Shown here piece by piece: positions 47,433 through 57,343 of a stretch of 64,000 nucleotides of DNA. Position 1 is the stretch's first letter. Each line of letters starts with the position of its first letter. The stretch comes from Candidatus Zhuqueibacterota bacterium (GTDB lineage: Bacteria > Zhuqueibacterota > Zhuqueibacteria > Residuimicrobiales > Residuimicrobiaceae). The position numbers and the translations under genes were made by a program. The DNA lies in contig CAUJEL010000197.1 in assembly GCA_963169875.1 (NCBI GenBank), positions 12,395-76,394 on the forward strand. The letters are read 5' to 3'. A model generated the notes under the pieces. That model made no database searches, was not told where the DNA came from, and saw only the letters and a list, made by a program, of their open reading frames with translations.

Positions 47433-47743
47433 CGCTGACCCTTGGATTGCCGCATTTTCTGGTGGTGGCTGCACTGCTATTTTCGCTTGGATTGGTTTGC
47501 ATTCTCTCCCGCCGCAACGCCATCGGCTTGCTGCTGGGCATCGAACTGATGTTGAACGCCGCCAATATCAACCTGATTGCTTTTGCGCGGTTCGTCGAGA
47601 GCGATCTCTCCGGCCATGTATTCGCCCTGTTCGTCATGGTCCTGGCCGCGGCGGAGGCCGCCATCGCCATGGCCATCGTCCTGGCCATCTTTCGATCCAT
47701 GAAGCATATTGACGTCAACTTGACGGTTAACCTGAAGGAGTAG
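47429..47743 (+). CDS. nuoK: NADH-quinone oxidoreductase subunit K
   Basis: 104-aa NuoK/ND4L (MTLTLGLPHFLVVAALLFSLGLVCILSRRNAIGLLLGIELMLNAANINL...). The start was defined within the longer ORF-track frame and overlaps the nuoJ stop. Confidence 0.8.
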   Translation: MTLTLGLPHFLVVAALLFSLGLVCILSRRNAIGLLLGIELMLNAANINLIAFARFVESDLSGHVFALFVMVLAAAEAAIAMAIVLAIFRSMKHIDVNLTVNLKE

Positions 47744-47748
47744 CCCTG

Positions 47749-49881
47749 ATGGAGCCATTTGCTCAAGCGCACTTGTTATGGCTGATTCCCGTTTTGCCCC
47801 TGCTCGGCGCGTTCATTAACGGCGCTTTTGGATTGAAAATCCATCGCCGCTATGGTGAGAAACCCATCCACGTCGTGGCCATTCTCATGCCCGCCCTGTC
47901 ATTTGTGATCGCTGCCTATTATTTTCTGCAGATGACCGCCCTGGCCCCGGAACAGCGCCAGATGCTCAACCACCTTTACGACTGGATTCGCATCGGCGAT
48001 TTCAACCTGCCGTTGGCGTTCTGGTTCGATCCCCTCTCCGGCGCCATGACCCTGATGATCACTTTTGTCGGCACGTTGATCCACATCTACAGCGTGGGAT
48101 ACATGCACAAGGATGACAGCTATTGGCGTTTCTTCGCCTATATGAATCTGTTCATGTTTTCCATGCTCACGCTTATTCTTGGCGATAATTTTGTCTTGAT
48201 GTTCGTCGGCTGGGAAGGCGTGGGGTTGTGTTCCTATCTGCTCATTTCATTCTGGTACCGCGATCTCAAGAATGCCGGCGCGGGCATGAAAGCCTTCATC
48301 ACCAACCGCGTCGGCGATTTTGGTTTCATCATCGGCATGTTCGCACTGCTTTGGGCATTGGGCGGCGGCTGGAATGCATCCGGATATGCCCTGCAGCGCC
48401 CCGAAAATCTCACCCTGGTTTTCCGGGAAATCAAATTGATCGCGCCGCTGCTTCTTAACGAACAGATCTTTGGTATCGCGGCGCCGACCTTCATTTGTCT
48501 GCTCTTTTTCTGGGGCGCCACCGCCAAGAGCGCACAAATCCCGCTCTATGTGTGGCTGCCCGACGCCATGGCTGGTCCGACGCCGGTCTCGGCCCTCATC
48601 CATGCGGCCACCATGGTCACGGCCGGTGTCTATATGGTCGCCCGGCTCAACTTTCTATTTGCGATGTCGCCGGTGGTCATGACCGTTGTGGCCGGTGTCG
48701 GCGCCCTGACCGCCTTGTTTGCCGCCACCATCGGTTTGTTCCAGACGGACATCAAAAAAGTGCTCGCGTACTCGACCGTCAGTCAGCTGGGCTATATGTT
48801 CATGGGTGTCGGCATTGGCGCCTACTGGGTGGGCATTTTCCATCTCCTCACCCATGCCTTTTTCAAGGCCTGTCTCTTCCTCGGTTCCGGCAGCGTGATC
48901 CATGCCATGCATCACGCCTATCACAAGAGCAACAACCATCATGACGATCCCCAGGACATGCGCAACATGGGGGGATTGGGGCAGTATATGCCCACCACCA
49001 AATGGACCTATCTCGCCGCCTGTTTTGCCATCGCCGGATTTCCCTTCATGTCCGGGTTTTTCTCCAAGGACGAAATCCTGTGGCTGAATTTTGCCAATGC
49101 CAATACGCTGATCCCCGGGCAGGTTTTCTGGGCGATCGGCGCGGGCGCGGCCCTGCTCACGGCTTTTTATATGTTCCGCAGTTACTTTATGACTTTCACT
49201 GGCAAATTCCGCGGTTCCGCGGATACGGCGCATCATCTCCACGAGTCGCCCAAATCCATCACCTCGGTGCTAAAGACCCTCGGCGTGCTCTCGATCATCG
49301 GGGGGGTCATCGGCTTGCCGAAACTATGGCATTTGCCCAATTTCCTCGAACACTGGCTGGAGCCGGTTTTTGAGACCGCGCAACCCTATCTGCACTGGCA
49401 TCACTACAGCCACGGCCTGGAGTGGGGATTGATGGCACTCTCCGTGGTCATTGCGTTCACCGGTTTCGCCATCGCCTATACGCTCTACAAGGATGCCCGC
49501 TCCAAAGTGCCGGCGCAATTCATACAAAAATATCCGGCTCTCCACCGCGTTGTCTACAACAAGTATTATGTGGATGAATTCTATCAGGCCACGTTCATTC
49601 GCGGCACCATGATTTTTTCCAATCTGTGCGACTGGTTCGATCGCACCGTGGTCGATGGCCTGGTCAATCTCTCTGCGTTCGTAACCCATCAGTTCAGCAA
49701 GCTGAATGGCTGGCATGACAATAAAGTCATTGATGGCGCTGTCAACGGTCTGGCCAGCCTGACGGGCTATTGCGGACAGGCGCTGCGCAAGGTGCAGACC
49801 GGCCGCATACAGACCTATCTCTATGTTTTGCTGGGTGGTGGACTCGTTCTGATCCTCATTCGATTCGTAATTTTTAGCTGA
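47749..49881 (+). CDS. nuoL: NADH-quinone oxidoreductase subunit L
   Basis: 710-aa NuoL/ND5 antiporter-like subunit, including the long C-terminal amphipathic helix region. Confidence 0.9.
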   Translation: MEPFAQAHLLWLIPVLPLLGAFINGAFGLKIHRRYGEKPIHVVAILMPALSFVIAAYYFLQMTALAPEQRQMLNHLYDWIRIGDFNLPLAFWFDPLSGAMTLMITFVGTLIHIYSVGYMHKDDSYWRFFAYMNLFMFSMLTLILGDNFVLMFVGWEGVGLCSYLLISFWYRDLKNAGAGMKAFITNRVGDFGFIIGMFALLWALGGGWNASGYALQRPENLTLVFREIKLIAPLLLNEQIFGIAAPTFICLLFFWGATAKSAQIPLYVWLPDAMAGPTPVSALIHAATMVTAGVYMVARLNFLFAMSPVVMTVVAGVGALTALFAATIGLFQTDIKKVLAYSTVSQLGYMFMGVGIGAYWVGIFHLLTHAFFKACLFLGSGSVIHAMHHAYHKSNNHHDDPQDMRNMGGLGQYMPTTKWTYLAACFAIAGFPFMSGFFSKDEILWLNFANANTLIPGQVFWAIGAGAALLTAFYMFRSYFMTFTGKFRGSADTAHHLHESPKSITSVLKTLGVLSIIGGVIGLPKLWHLPNFLEHWLEPVFETAQPYLHWHHYSHGLEWGLMALSVVIAFTGFAIAYTLYKDARSKVPAQFIQKYPALHRVVYNKYYVDEFYQATFIRGTMIFSNLCDWFDRTVVDGLVNLSAFVTHQFSKLNGWHDNKVIDGAVNGLASLTGYCGQALRKVQTGRIQTYLYVLLGGGLVLILIRFVIFS

Positions 49882-49894
49882 TGGAGCTCTCCTT

Positions 49895-51415
49895 ATGAAT
49901 CAATCTACACTTTTGACCTGGATGATTTTTGCGCCGTTAATCGGTATTCCCTTTGTGCTGGCCATGCCAAAGGACAAGACGCAGTGGGTGCGCTGGCTGG
50001 CCACCGCCATAACCGCCATCCCCCTTCTTTTGGGGCTCTATCTGGTGATGAATTTCGATCCCAACAACACTTCGATGCAATTCGAGCATCATTTTGTCTG
50101 GATCCCCTCGTTTGCCATCGAGTACTATGTGGGCGTGGATGGATTGTCGATCCTCATGGTGCTCCTCACCGTGCTGATCGCCTTCATCGCCAGCATCGCC
50201 TCCTGGGGCATTACCAAGTACGTGCGCGGCTATTTCGCCCTGTTTCTGCTGCTGGAGACCGGCATGCTGGGCACGTTCTGCGCGCTCGATTTCTTCCTCT
50301 TCTACGTTTTTTGGGAAGTGATGCTGCTGCCGATGTACTTTCTCATCGGCATCTGGGGCGGTCCGCGCAAAGAGTACGCGGCCATCAAGTTCTTTCTCTA
50401 CACCCTGTTTGGATCCTTGCTGATGCTGCTGGCCATCATCGCCATGTATTACAACTCCAATCCGGCGACGCTGGTCGATGGCACACCGGTGAATCACACC
50501 TTCAACATCGTCAAGTTGATCACGGAAAATGATTTCGCCGCCAAGGCGCCGCTGCTGGGTTTTGAGTTCAGCAAGCTGCTCTTCATCGCGCTGTTCATCG
50601 GATTCGCCATCAAAATACCGATGGTGCCCTTTCACACCTGGTTGCCCGATGCCCATGTCGAGGCGCCAACGCCCATCTCCGTCATCCTGGCGGGCGTGCT
50701 GTTGAAGATGGGAGGGTATGGCATTCTCAGAATCAATTACGGGATATTCCCCGAAGCGGCCAAGTGGGCCGCGCCGGGGGTGGCGCTCTTTGGCGCCATC
50801 AGCATCGTCTATGCCGCGTTCGTCTGTCTGGCGCAAAAAGATCTCAAGAAGATGATCGCCTACTCGTCGGTCAGTCACATGGGATTTGTCCTCCTCGGCA
50901 TTGCCGCCTTCACGGATCAGGGCATGACCGGCGCGGTGTTCCAGATGTGGACCCACGGACTGATCAGCCCGATGCTCTTCCTCATCGCGGGCGTCATCTA
51001 TGATCGCGCCCATCATCGTGAGATCGACGGCTTTGGCGGTCTGGCCAATCAGATGCCGGAATACACCGGTCTGACTGGACTCGCCTTCATGGCCTCGCTG
51101 GGCTTACCCGCCCTGGCGGGATTTATCAGCGAATTTCTGGTTTTCACCGGCGCCTTCCCGGTTTATCGCGTTCTCACCATCATTTCAGGGCTGGCCATCA
51201 TCATCACCGCTGCGTATTATCTCTACGCTTTGCAGCGCATGTTCCTGGGCAAGTTGAATGAAAAGTATGCGGGCTTGTCCGATTTGACCTGGCGGGAACG
51301 GGTCACACTTTATCCGCTGGCGGTTCTCATTGTGGTGGTCGGCATTTATCCGATGCCGCTGTTGAACCTCATCAACAAGACGCTCATGTCGATTGTACAG
51401 GTCTTTAAAGGTTAG
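49895..51415 (+). CDS. nuoM: NADH-quinone oxidoreductase subunit M
   Basis: 506-aa NuoM/ND4 antiporter-like subunit. Confidence 0.9.
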   Translation: MNQSTLLTWMIFAPLIGIPFVLAMPKDKTQWVRWLATAITAIPLLLGLYLVMNFDPNNTSMQFEHHFVWIPSFAIEYYVGVDGLSILMVLLTVLIAFIASIASWGITKYVRGYFALFLLLETGMLGTFCALDFFLFYVFWEVMLLPMYFLIGIWGGPRKEYAAIKFFLYTLFGSLLMLLAIIAMYYNSNPATLVDGTPVNHTFNIVKLITENDFAAKAPLLGFEFSKLLFIALFIGFAIKIPMVPFHTWLPDAHVEAPTPISVILAGVLLKMGGYGILRINYGIFPEAAKWAAPGVALFGAISIVYAAFVCLAQKDLKKMIAYSSVSHMGFVLLGIAAFTDQGMTGAVFQMWTHGLISPMLFLIAGVIYDRAHHREIDGFGGLANQMPEYTGLTGLAFMASLGLPALAGFISEFLVFTGAFPVYRVLTIISGLAIIITAAYYLYALQRMFLGKLNEKYAGLSDLTWRERVTLYPLAVLIVVVGIYPMPLLNLINKTLMSIVQVFKG

Positions 51416-51428
51416 GGAGAACGTTACC

Positions 51429-52910
51429 ATGCCGAGCGGAAAACTCGCTTTACTCTATCCCTATTTCGTGCTGGCAGCAGGTGTCCTGGCGGTATTGCTG
51501 GGCCGCATGCTGCGGCCATCGGGATCCTCGCGTTCTTCAGGTACCGTGATCACCGCGCTGGTGATACTGGCCGTGGCGGTTCTCATCGCCTGGCTTTCAC
51601 CCGCGGAAGGGGATATCTATTCCATTTTTTATTTTGATGGTTTCACCCGTTTCATGTTCATCTTCAGCGCGCTGGCCACGGCCCTGGCCATCTTTATGGC
51701 CTCGCACTCCCTGGAGGTGGCGCAAAACCGCTTCAGCGAATATACCGCTATATTGATGACGCTGTGCATCGGCCTGTCGCTGATGGCGGCTTCCAAGAAT
51801 CTGCTCTTCACCTATCTCGCCATCGAGATGGTCAGCATGTCGTCCTATATTCTCACCGGTTTTAAACGCCTGGATCTGGCCTCTCATGAGGCGGCGCTCA
51901 AGTATGTCATCTATGGCAGCGTCGCCTCGGCGGTGATGGTGTTTGGCATGTCGCTGCTGTTTGGCCTGACCGGAACGATCAGTTATTCGGGCATTGCACA
52001 GGCTTTGGGCAGTGCGGGCATCATGGTCCAGGCCGGACAGATCGGGCTCTTTGCCATGTTCATCGCCCTGATGATGGTTTTCACCGGTTTTACTTTCAAG
52101 ATCGCTGCGGTTCCCTTTCATATGTGGTGTCCGGATGTGTATCAGGGGGCGCCGACGCCGTTCACGGGATTTTTGAGCGTGGCGCCCAAGGCGGCCGGAT
52201 TCGCACTGATCATGCGCTTCATGGCGGAACTGTTTCCCGCTGCGGCGCCTTCCTTGACCAATTCGATTTTGATGGTGCTGGGATTGATGTCCGCTGTCAC
52301 CATGACGCTGGGAAATTTCAGCGCCATCCAGCAGACCAATGTGAAACGGCTGCTGGCCTATTCATCGATTGCGCAGGCTGGATATGTCCTGATGGGCGTC
52401 GTGGTGCTCTCTCTGGCGGGTTCCGAGGCTGTGTTGCTGTATTTGCTCATTTATCTGTTCATGAATATGGGCGCTTTTGCGGTGCTGCAAATGATCATCG
52501 ATGCCAGCGGCAGCGAAGAACTCTCCGCATTTCGAGGCCTCGGCTACCGCGCGCCCATGACCGCCTTTGCACTGGCGGTGTTTTTATTCTCGCTGGCGGG
52601 CTTGCCACCCCTGGCCGGTTTCATCGGCAAATTTTATCTCTTCGCTGCGGCTTTGAAAACAGGCAGTAACTGGTATGCGGCTCTGGCTGTGGTCGCCATT
52701 CTCAACAGCGTGGTGGCCTTGTTCTATTATGTCAAGATCATTCGTGAGATGTATCTGAGCGACGAACAGGCCAAAATGCCGCGCGCCATCAGCCGGCCCA
52801 GCCTGTATGTTGTGGTGGTGATGGTGGTGCCGGTTTTCATTCTCGGACTTTATTGGGAACCCTTACAAAAGCTGGTCGAGGCGGCTGCAGCTGTGCTGCG
52901 TTTGCCGTGA
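51429..52910 (+). CDS. nuoN: NADH-quinone oxidoreductase subunit N
   Basis: NuoN/ND2 antiporter-like subunit. The ATG at 51429 is preceded by an AGGGAGA ribosome-binding site; an alternative upstream start lies at 51393. Confidence 0.85.
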   Translation: MPSGKLALLYPYFVLAAGVLAVLLGRMLRPSGSSRSSGTVITALVILAVAVLIAWLSPAEGDIYSIFYFDGFTRFMFIFSALATALAIFMASHSLEVAQNRFSEYTAILMTLCIGLSLMAASKNLLFTYLAIEMVSMSSYILTGFKRLDLASHEAALKYVIYGSVASAVMVFGMSLLFGLTGTISYSGIAQALGSAGIMVQAGQIGLFAMFIALMMVFTGFTFKIAAVPFHMWCPDVYQGAPTPFTGFLSVAPKAAGFALIMRFMAELFPAAAPSLTNSILMVLGLMSAVTMTLGNFSAIQQTNVKRLLAYSSIAQAGYVLMGVVVLSLAGSEAVLLYLLIYLFMNMGAFAVLQMIIDASGSEELSAFRGLGYRAPMTAFALAVFLFSLAGLPPLAGFIGKFYLFAAALKTGSNWYAALAVVAILNSVVALFYYVKIIREMYLSDEQAKMPRAISRPSLYVVVVMVVPVFILGLYWEPLQKLVEAAAAVLRLP

Positions 52911-52932
52911 GGAAATTCCCGACCTTTGTTTT

Positions 52933-52972
52933 CGCCCAGGCAACTTTTATGCTGCCTGGGCGTTTTCTTTTT
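52933..52972 (+). terminator. Rho-independent terminator ending the nuo operon
   Basis: cgcccaggca-acttttatg-ctgcctgggcg hairpin followed by ttttcttttt, 23 bp after the nuoN stop. Confidence 0.6.
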
Positions 52973-53080
52973 GGGGCGCGATAAAATGCCTTGCTATTGT
53001 TGCTGAATTTATGGAAATTTATTGATGAGTCGATACAAGCTTGATTCTTTCCTGTTGATGCGAAACGTGAGGGGGCTCAT

Positions 53081-56000
53081 GTGCCCGTAAAAAGAAAAAC
53101 CATCGCCAGCGATCAATCTGCGCACCAGGCCGCCGCTGCACCCGTGTGTATCACCGATGGGGCCGGCATGATTGTCGGTCACGATCCAGCCTTTGCCGCT
53201 TTTGCAGACCAGTGGCCGCACGCCATTGTCAGTTTCAGCCGTAACGGGATTCAATTCTCCAACCCGGCCGCGGAACGCATATTTGCAGAGCCGTTGAGGA
53301 AAGGCCAGAAAGGTCCATCGGGCGCATTGAAAGGTAACAAGCAGATTGCAGGATTATGGCGCATGCTGCGCGGCTGTCTGAAAAGTAACTGTGATTCGAG
53401 TCATTTCGAGTACTCCATTGAAGAGGCGTCCCACGGGAGAAAAGTGATCGATGTCTATTGTCACCGGACGCTTATCGAGGAAACGCCCGTTGTGGTCAGC
53501 AGTTGGGTGGACATGACGGAGTTGCGGCGGATTCAGGATGATTTATTGCGCAAGGCGGAGGAACTGGCCATTCTCAATCAGATCGCGGCCCAGACCAGCG
53601 AATCCCTCGATCTGGATACCATCCTGAGATCAACCCTCCAATCGGTTATGAAGTCCATTGGCTCCAATGCTGCGCTCATATTCCTGATCGACGAGTCGTC
53701 AGAGACCGCATTGAAATGCGCGCACTATCGCGGTTTTACCAGGGCGGAAACGGAGCGCTTGATGCCGCGCACGCAGGATCGCTCCTTCACCCGGCGTGCC
53801 ATTACCGAGAATTCAGTCTTTTTTGTTGAAGATGTCAATTTGACAGATACCTATCCACCGGTTCGAGAGGTTGGAATAACAACATTTGTGATCATTCCAA
53901 TTTTTAGCAAGAACAAACCGTTGGGAACAATGAACCTTGGACGCCGGGGAGAAGGCATGCTTAAGCTGCTCTCGGACGATGCCATGAAAAGCATAGGGTA
54001 CCAGATTGGCGTCGCAGTTGAAAATGCCCGGCTTCTCCACGCCAGAAATCAGGAAATTATCGAGCGCCGCAAGGCAGAAACGGCCTTGCGCGAGAGCGAA
54101 GCCTTGTACCGGCAGATCATCGCCACATCCCCGGAAGCCATTGTCCTGATTGATACAAACAATAAATTTCTTTCAGTCAATGATGTTTTTGCGACCATTT
54201 TTGGCTATCAGTCCGCTGCAGAATTTATGGCGGCAGGTGTTGAAGCGCGCGATTTTCCGACCCCTTCATCCAGTCGAACCTTGGCCAGGGCTGTCAAGCT
54301 GGTGCGCAAACAGGGGCGCATCACCCATATGCAAAGCAGGGTCCGGCGCCGGGATGGTTCTTATTTCACGGTTGAGATCAGTGCTTCGACAATCTATGAT
54401 GAAAATCATAAACCCAAAGCATATCTGGGGATACTCCGGGATATTACAGATCAGGAAAACTTTGAAAAGTCATTGCGCGACAGCGAATCGCGTTATCGCG
54501 CTTTGGCGGAAGCCGCCCATGACATGATCTATATCATAGACCGAAATGACAAGGTGGTCTATGTCAATCGCTTCTCTGCCCTGCAATTTAGAATGGATCC
54601 CCAGGAGATCATCGGTAAAAACCGGGATCAATTATTCAGAGGCCAAACTTCAATCCATCAGGAAAAAAATCTTAATAAGGTTTTTAAAACAGGACAACCG
54701 CTCTACGTGGAGGATGTGGCTCACTTTCCGCATCAGACGCTTCATCTCGGCACCTGGCTGGTACCGTTGCGCGACCAGCGCGGCAGGGTGGATCAAGTTT
54801 TGGGTCTGTCGCGCGATATCACCGAATTTCACGAAAACGCCCGCAAACTGGAAGAATCCGAGATGCGTTTTCGCGACATCATCGAGCGCTCGCTGGATGG
54901 GTACTATTTCATCGATCGCGATGGCGTGATGCGCAAGGTCAATCACTCCTTCTGCGAAATTCTTCGTGCGGAAAAAGAGATCCTCATTGACAGAGTGGTA
55001 ACAGAAGTCGCCTTTCCGCGTCACCGGGACATTCTGAAGAACATCTATAACCGGGTCATGAGCGGCAAAAATATTCGCTACGATGAACTGGAGATCGTTC
55101 CGCCAAACGGAAAAACGATTTGGATCAGTTTCAACATGCGCCGCGTCATGGACAACGGTAAGGTGATTGGCGTCGAAGGTTTTATTCGCGATGTCACCCA
55201 TCTCAAGCAAACCCAGGAAGCCCTGCGCGTCAGTGAAGCGCGGTATCGCTCGCTGTTCGACAGCATTCAGTTTGAGGTGTATGCGCTCGATCCGGATGGA
55301 CGCTTTCGCGAGACCAACCTGGCTTTTCAGATGGTCTGGGGCCAAACCGTGGGTCAGCGAATAGAGGAGGCGATTTTCAGCACTGCCGCGGCGCACCACA
55401 TCCGTGACATGCTCAAGCGCGCCAAGCGCCAGCGCAGCACCGTGTCGTCTTCCTTTCAGCTCAAAAATGAAGAACATACGGTCTCCTACTCCGCCATACT
55501 GAGTCCGGTCATGACCGATGGCAAAACCGTGATCGGATATGTCGGCATCAACGTCGACATCAGTGAACAGGTCAACACCTATGACCGGCTGCGTACGCTT
55601 TCCATGCGTCTGGTGCAGGTTCAGGAAGAAGAGCGGCGCCGCATCGCCCGGGAAATTCACGATTCGCTGGGACAATACCTGACGGCGTTGCAGCTCGAGG
55701 TCACAGCCGCCATTCGTGCCCTGGACGGCCGCCAGCAGATTCCCAAGGCATTGAGCGATGCCCAAAAAACCATCGAGGAGTCGATCGCCGTCGCTTCAAC
55801 CCTGTGTTATTCACTGAGACCGCCCCTGTTGGACGATTTTGGCCTGGTCGCCGCGCTGCAGGACTATTACATGGAATTTACGCAAAAATGGGATATTGAA
55901 ATCTCGTTTCAGGCGGCAGAAATCGGCACGGTGCTGAGCAAGGACGGAGAAACGACCTTGTTCCGCATCTCACAGGAAGCGCTCACCAATGTCCTGAAGC

Positions 56001-56248
56001 ATGCGCAGGCTACGCGTGTCAAGGTGCGGCTGGAATGCAAAGAGGATCAGGTGGTGCTTTCCATTGAAGACAACGGGGTGGGATTTGATATCGACGAGTT
56101 GCAGCTGCATGTCAGCGGCACGCACTTTGGGCTTATGACGATGAAGGAGCGCGTCGAGCTGCTCGGCGGCAGATTGACGGTAAAGAGTAAAACGAACAAC
56201 GGCACCCATATCACAGCCTGGGTGCCCGTAATAACAGGAGGGTATTGA
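53081..56248 (+). CDS. Multi-PAS/GAF sensor histidine kinase, HisKA_3 (NarX/DegS-type) + HATPase_c
   Basis: Several PAS blocks and a GAF-like segment. The HisKA_3 dimerization/phosphoacceptor (EERRRIAREIHDSLGQYLTAL) and the C-terminal ATPase (G-boxes, DNGVGFD) are present. 1055 aa. Confidence 0.8.
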   Translation: MPVKRKTIASDQSAHQAAAAPVCITDGAGMIVGHDPAFAAFADQWPHAIVSFSRNGIQFSNPAAERIFAEPLRKGQKGPSGALKGNKQIAGLWRMLRGCLKSNCDSSHFEYSIEEASHGRKVIDVYCHRTLIEETPVVVSSWVDMTELRRIQDDLLRKAEELAILNQIAAQTSESLDLDTILRSTLQSVMKSIGSNAALIFLIDESSETALKCAHYRGFTRAETERLMPRTQDRSFTRRAITENSVFFVEDVNLTDTYPPVREVGITTFVIIPIFSKNKPLGTMNLGRRGEGMLKLLSDDAMKSIGYQIGVAVENARLLHARNQEIIERRKAETALRESEALYRQIIATSPEAIVLIDTNNKFLSVNDVFATIFGYQSAAEFMAAGVEARDFPTPSSSRTLARAVKLVRKQGRITHMQSRVRRRDGSYFTVEISASTIYDENHKPKAYLGILRDITDQENFEKSLRDSESRYRALAEAAHDMIYIIDRNDKVVYVNRFSALQFRMDPQEIIGKNRDQLFRGQTSIHQEKNLNKVFKTGQPLYVEDVAHFPHQTLHLGTWLVPLRDQRGRVDQVLGLSRDITEFHENARKLEESEMRFRDIIERSLDGYYFIDRDGVMRKVNHSFCEILRAEKEILIDRVVTEVAFPRHRDILKNIYNRVMSGKNIRYDELEIVPPNGKTIWISFNMRRVMDNGKVIGVEGFIRDVTHLKQTQEALRVSEARYRSLFDSIQFEVYALDPDGRFRETNLAFQMVWGQTVGQRIEEAIFSTAAAHHIRDMLKRAKRQRSTVSSSFQLKNEEHTVSYSAILSPVMTDGKTVIGYVGINVDISEQVNTYDRLRTLSMRLVQVQEEERRRIAREIHDSLGQYLTALQLEVTAAIRALDGRQQIPKALSDAQKTIEESIAVASTLCYSLRPPLLDDFGLVAALQDYYMEFTQKWDIEISFQAAEIGTVLSKDGETTLFRISQEALTNVLKHAQATRVKVRLECKEDQVVLSIEDNGVGFDIDELQLHVSGTHFGLMTMKERVELLGGRLTVKSKTNNGTHITAWVPVITGGY

Positions 56249-56904
56249 TGAAACCCTTGCGCATCGTCCTGGCAGACGATCATACGCTGCTGCGGGCGGG
56301 ATTAAGGCAATTATTGGGCACGTACGAATCCTTTGAGATCGCTGGCGAAGCTGAGGATGGGCTCGAAGCGATCGCTGTGGTTCGGAAAGAAAGACCCGAT
56401 GTTCTGATTCTGGATATCGGCATGCCGAAAATGCGCGGAATCGAAGCCATCAGTGAAATAAAACGGGAGTGCGCGGAAACGAAGATCCTGGTCCTCAGCA
56501 TGCATGATAAATCTGAATACGTCCGCCAGACGCTTAAAAATGGCGCTGATGGTTATTTGTTAAAGAAATCAGCAGCCGCTGAATTGGTGGAGGCCATCCA
56601 ATGTGTGGCTGCAGGTTCGGTTTATCTGAGCCCCGCCATATCCCGGGAGATCGTCAACAACTGGCTGTTGCATGACGATACGTACAGCGTAAAGGATTCC
56701 ATTGAGAGCAAATTGTCCGAACGTGAAAAATCGGTGATGAAATTACTGGCCGAAGGACATTCCAACAAGGAGGTCGCTGAAATCCTGTTCATCAGCCCCA
56801 AAACCGTGGAGACGCACCGTTCCCGCATCATGAGTAAACTGGACCTGCACTCGGTGCCGGATCTCGTCCGCTATGCCATTAAAAATGGACTGGCGGATTT
56901 GTAA
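56245..56904 (+). CDS. NarL/LuxR-family response regulator (REC + HTH_LuxR)
   Basis: The receiver domain (LADDHTLLRAGLRQLL, DVLILDIGMP) is followed by a LuxR-type HTH (LSEREKSVMKLLAEGHSNKEVAEILFISPKTVETHRSRIMSKL). Start overlaps the kinase stop. Confidence 0.85.
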   Translation: MMKPLRIVLADDHTLLRAGLRQLLGTYESFEIAGEAEDGLEAIAVVRKERPDVLILDIGMPKMRGIEAISEIKRECAETKILVLSMHDKSEYVRQTLKNGADGYLLKKSAAAELVEAIQCVAAGSVYLSPAISREIVNNWLLHDDTYSVKDSIESKLSEREKSVMKLLAEGHSNKEVAEILFISPKTVETHRSRIMSKLDLHSVPDLVRYAIKNGLADL

Positions 56905-57157
56905 AAAGCTGTTGCTTTCTATGGAAAAATGGAGTAAATTATCAAACTGCAAGATGCATGCGGATGATGTCAGGTATTTCCTGACAGTGATTTACATGGT
57001 TTGCCTTATTGATTCATTGCCTGCAAAATTGTATTTTATTACTGTGATGTGATAGTCTGGTTTTTCAATTTGCCGGGCGTCCCCTCGGTAACCGGTAACC
57101 CCCCTAATTCCGGTGCCACGGACGGCTCGGCATTTTTTTTTGTTTGTTTTAACTGGA

Positions 57158-57316
57158 TCATAAGGGATCAAAACGATCCTGGGTCACATAACACACCGGA
57201 CATATCCAGTCTTCGGGCAATTCCTCAAAGGGCGTGCCCGGCGGAATTCCGCGCTCCGGATCCCCCTCAACAGGATCATAGACATACCCGCAATTGGTAC
57301 AAATATACTTTTCCAT
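57158..57316 (-). CDS. rub: Rubredoxin (52 aa), not in the supplied ORF track
   Basis: Manual reverse-strand translation gives [52 protein letters not shown]. This has the CxxCG...CPxCG iron-ligand pairs and the conserved aromatic/Pro pattern. A GGAGAGAGAAG ribosome-binding site precedes the ATG. The gene lies 27 bp downstream of metH on the same strand. Confidence 0.8.
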   Translation of the reverse strand: MEKYICTNCGYVYDPVEGDPERGIPPGTPFEELPEDWICPVCYVTQDRFDPL

Positions 57317-57343
57317 CGCTTCTCTCTCCATGGCTTGGTTGAA

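Noticed and set aside
46829-47743. 304-aa ORF spanning nuoJ in another frame and ending with the NuoK sequence
   Set aside because: Only the last 104 aa (from 47429) correspond to NuoK. The upstream 200 aa overlap nuoJ out of frame and are Arg/Pro-rich noise.
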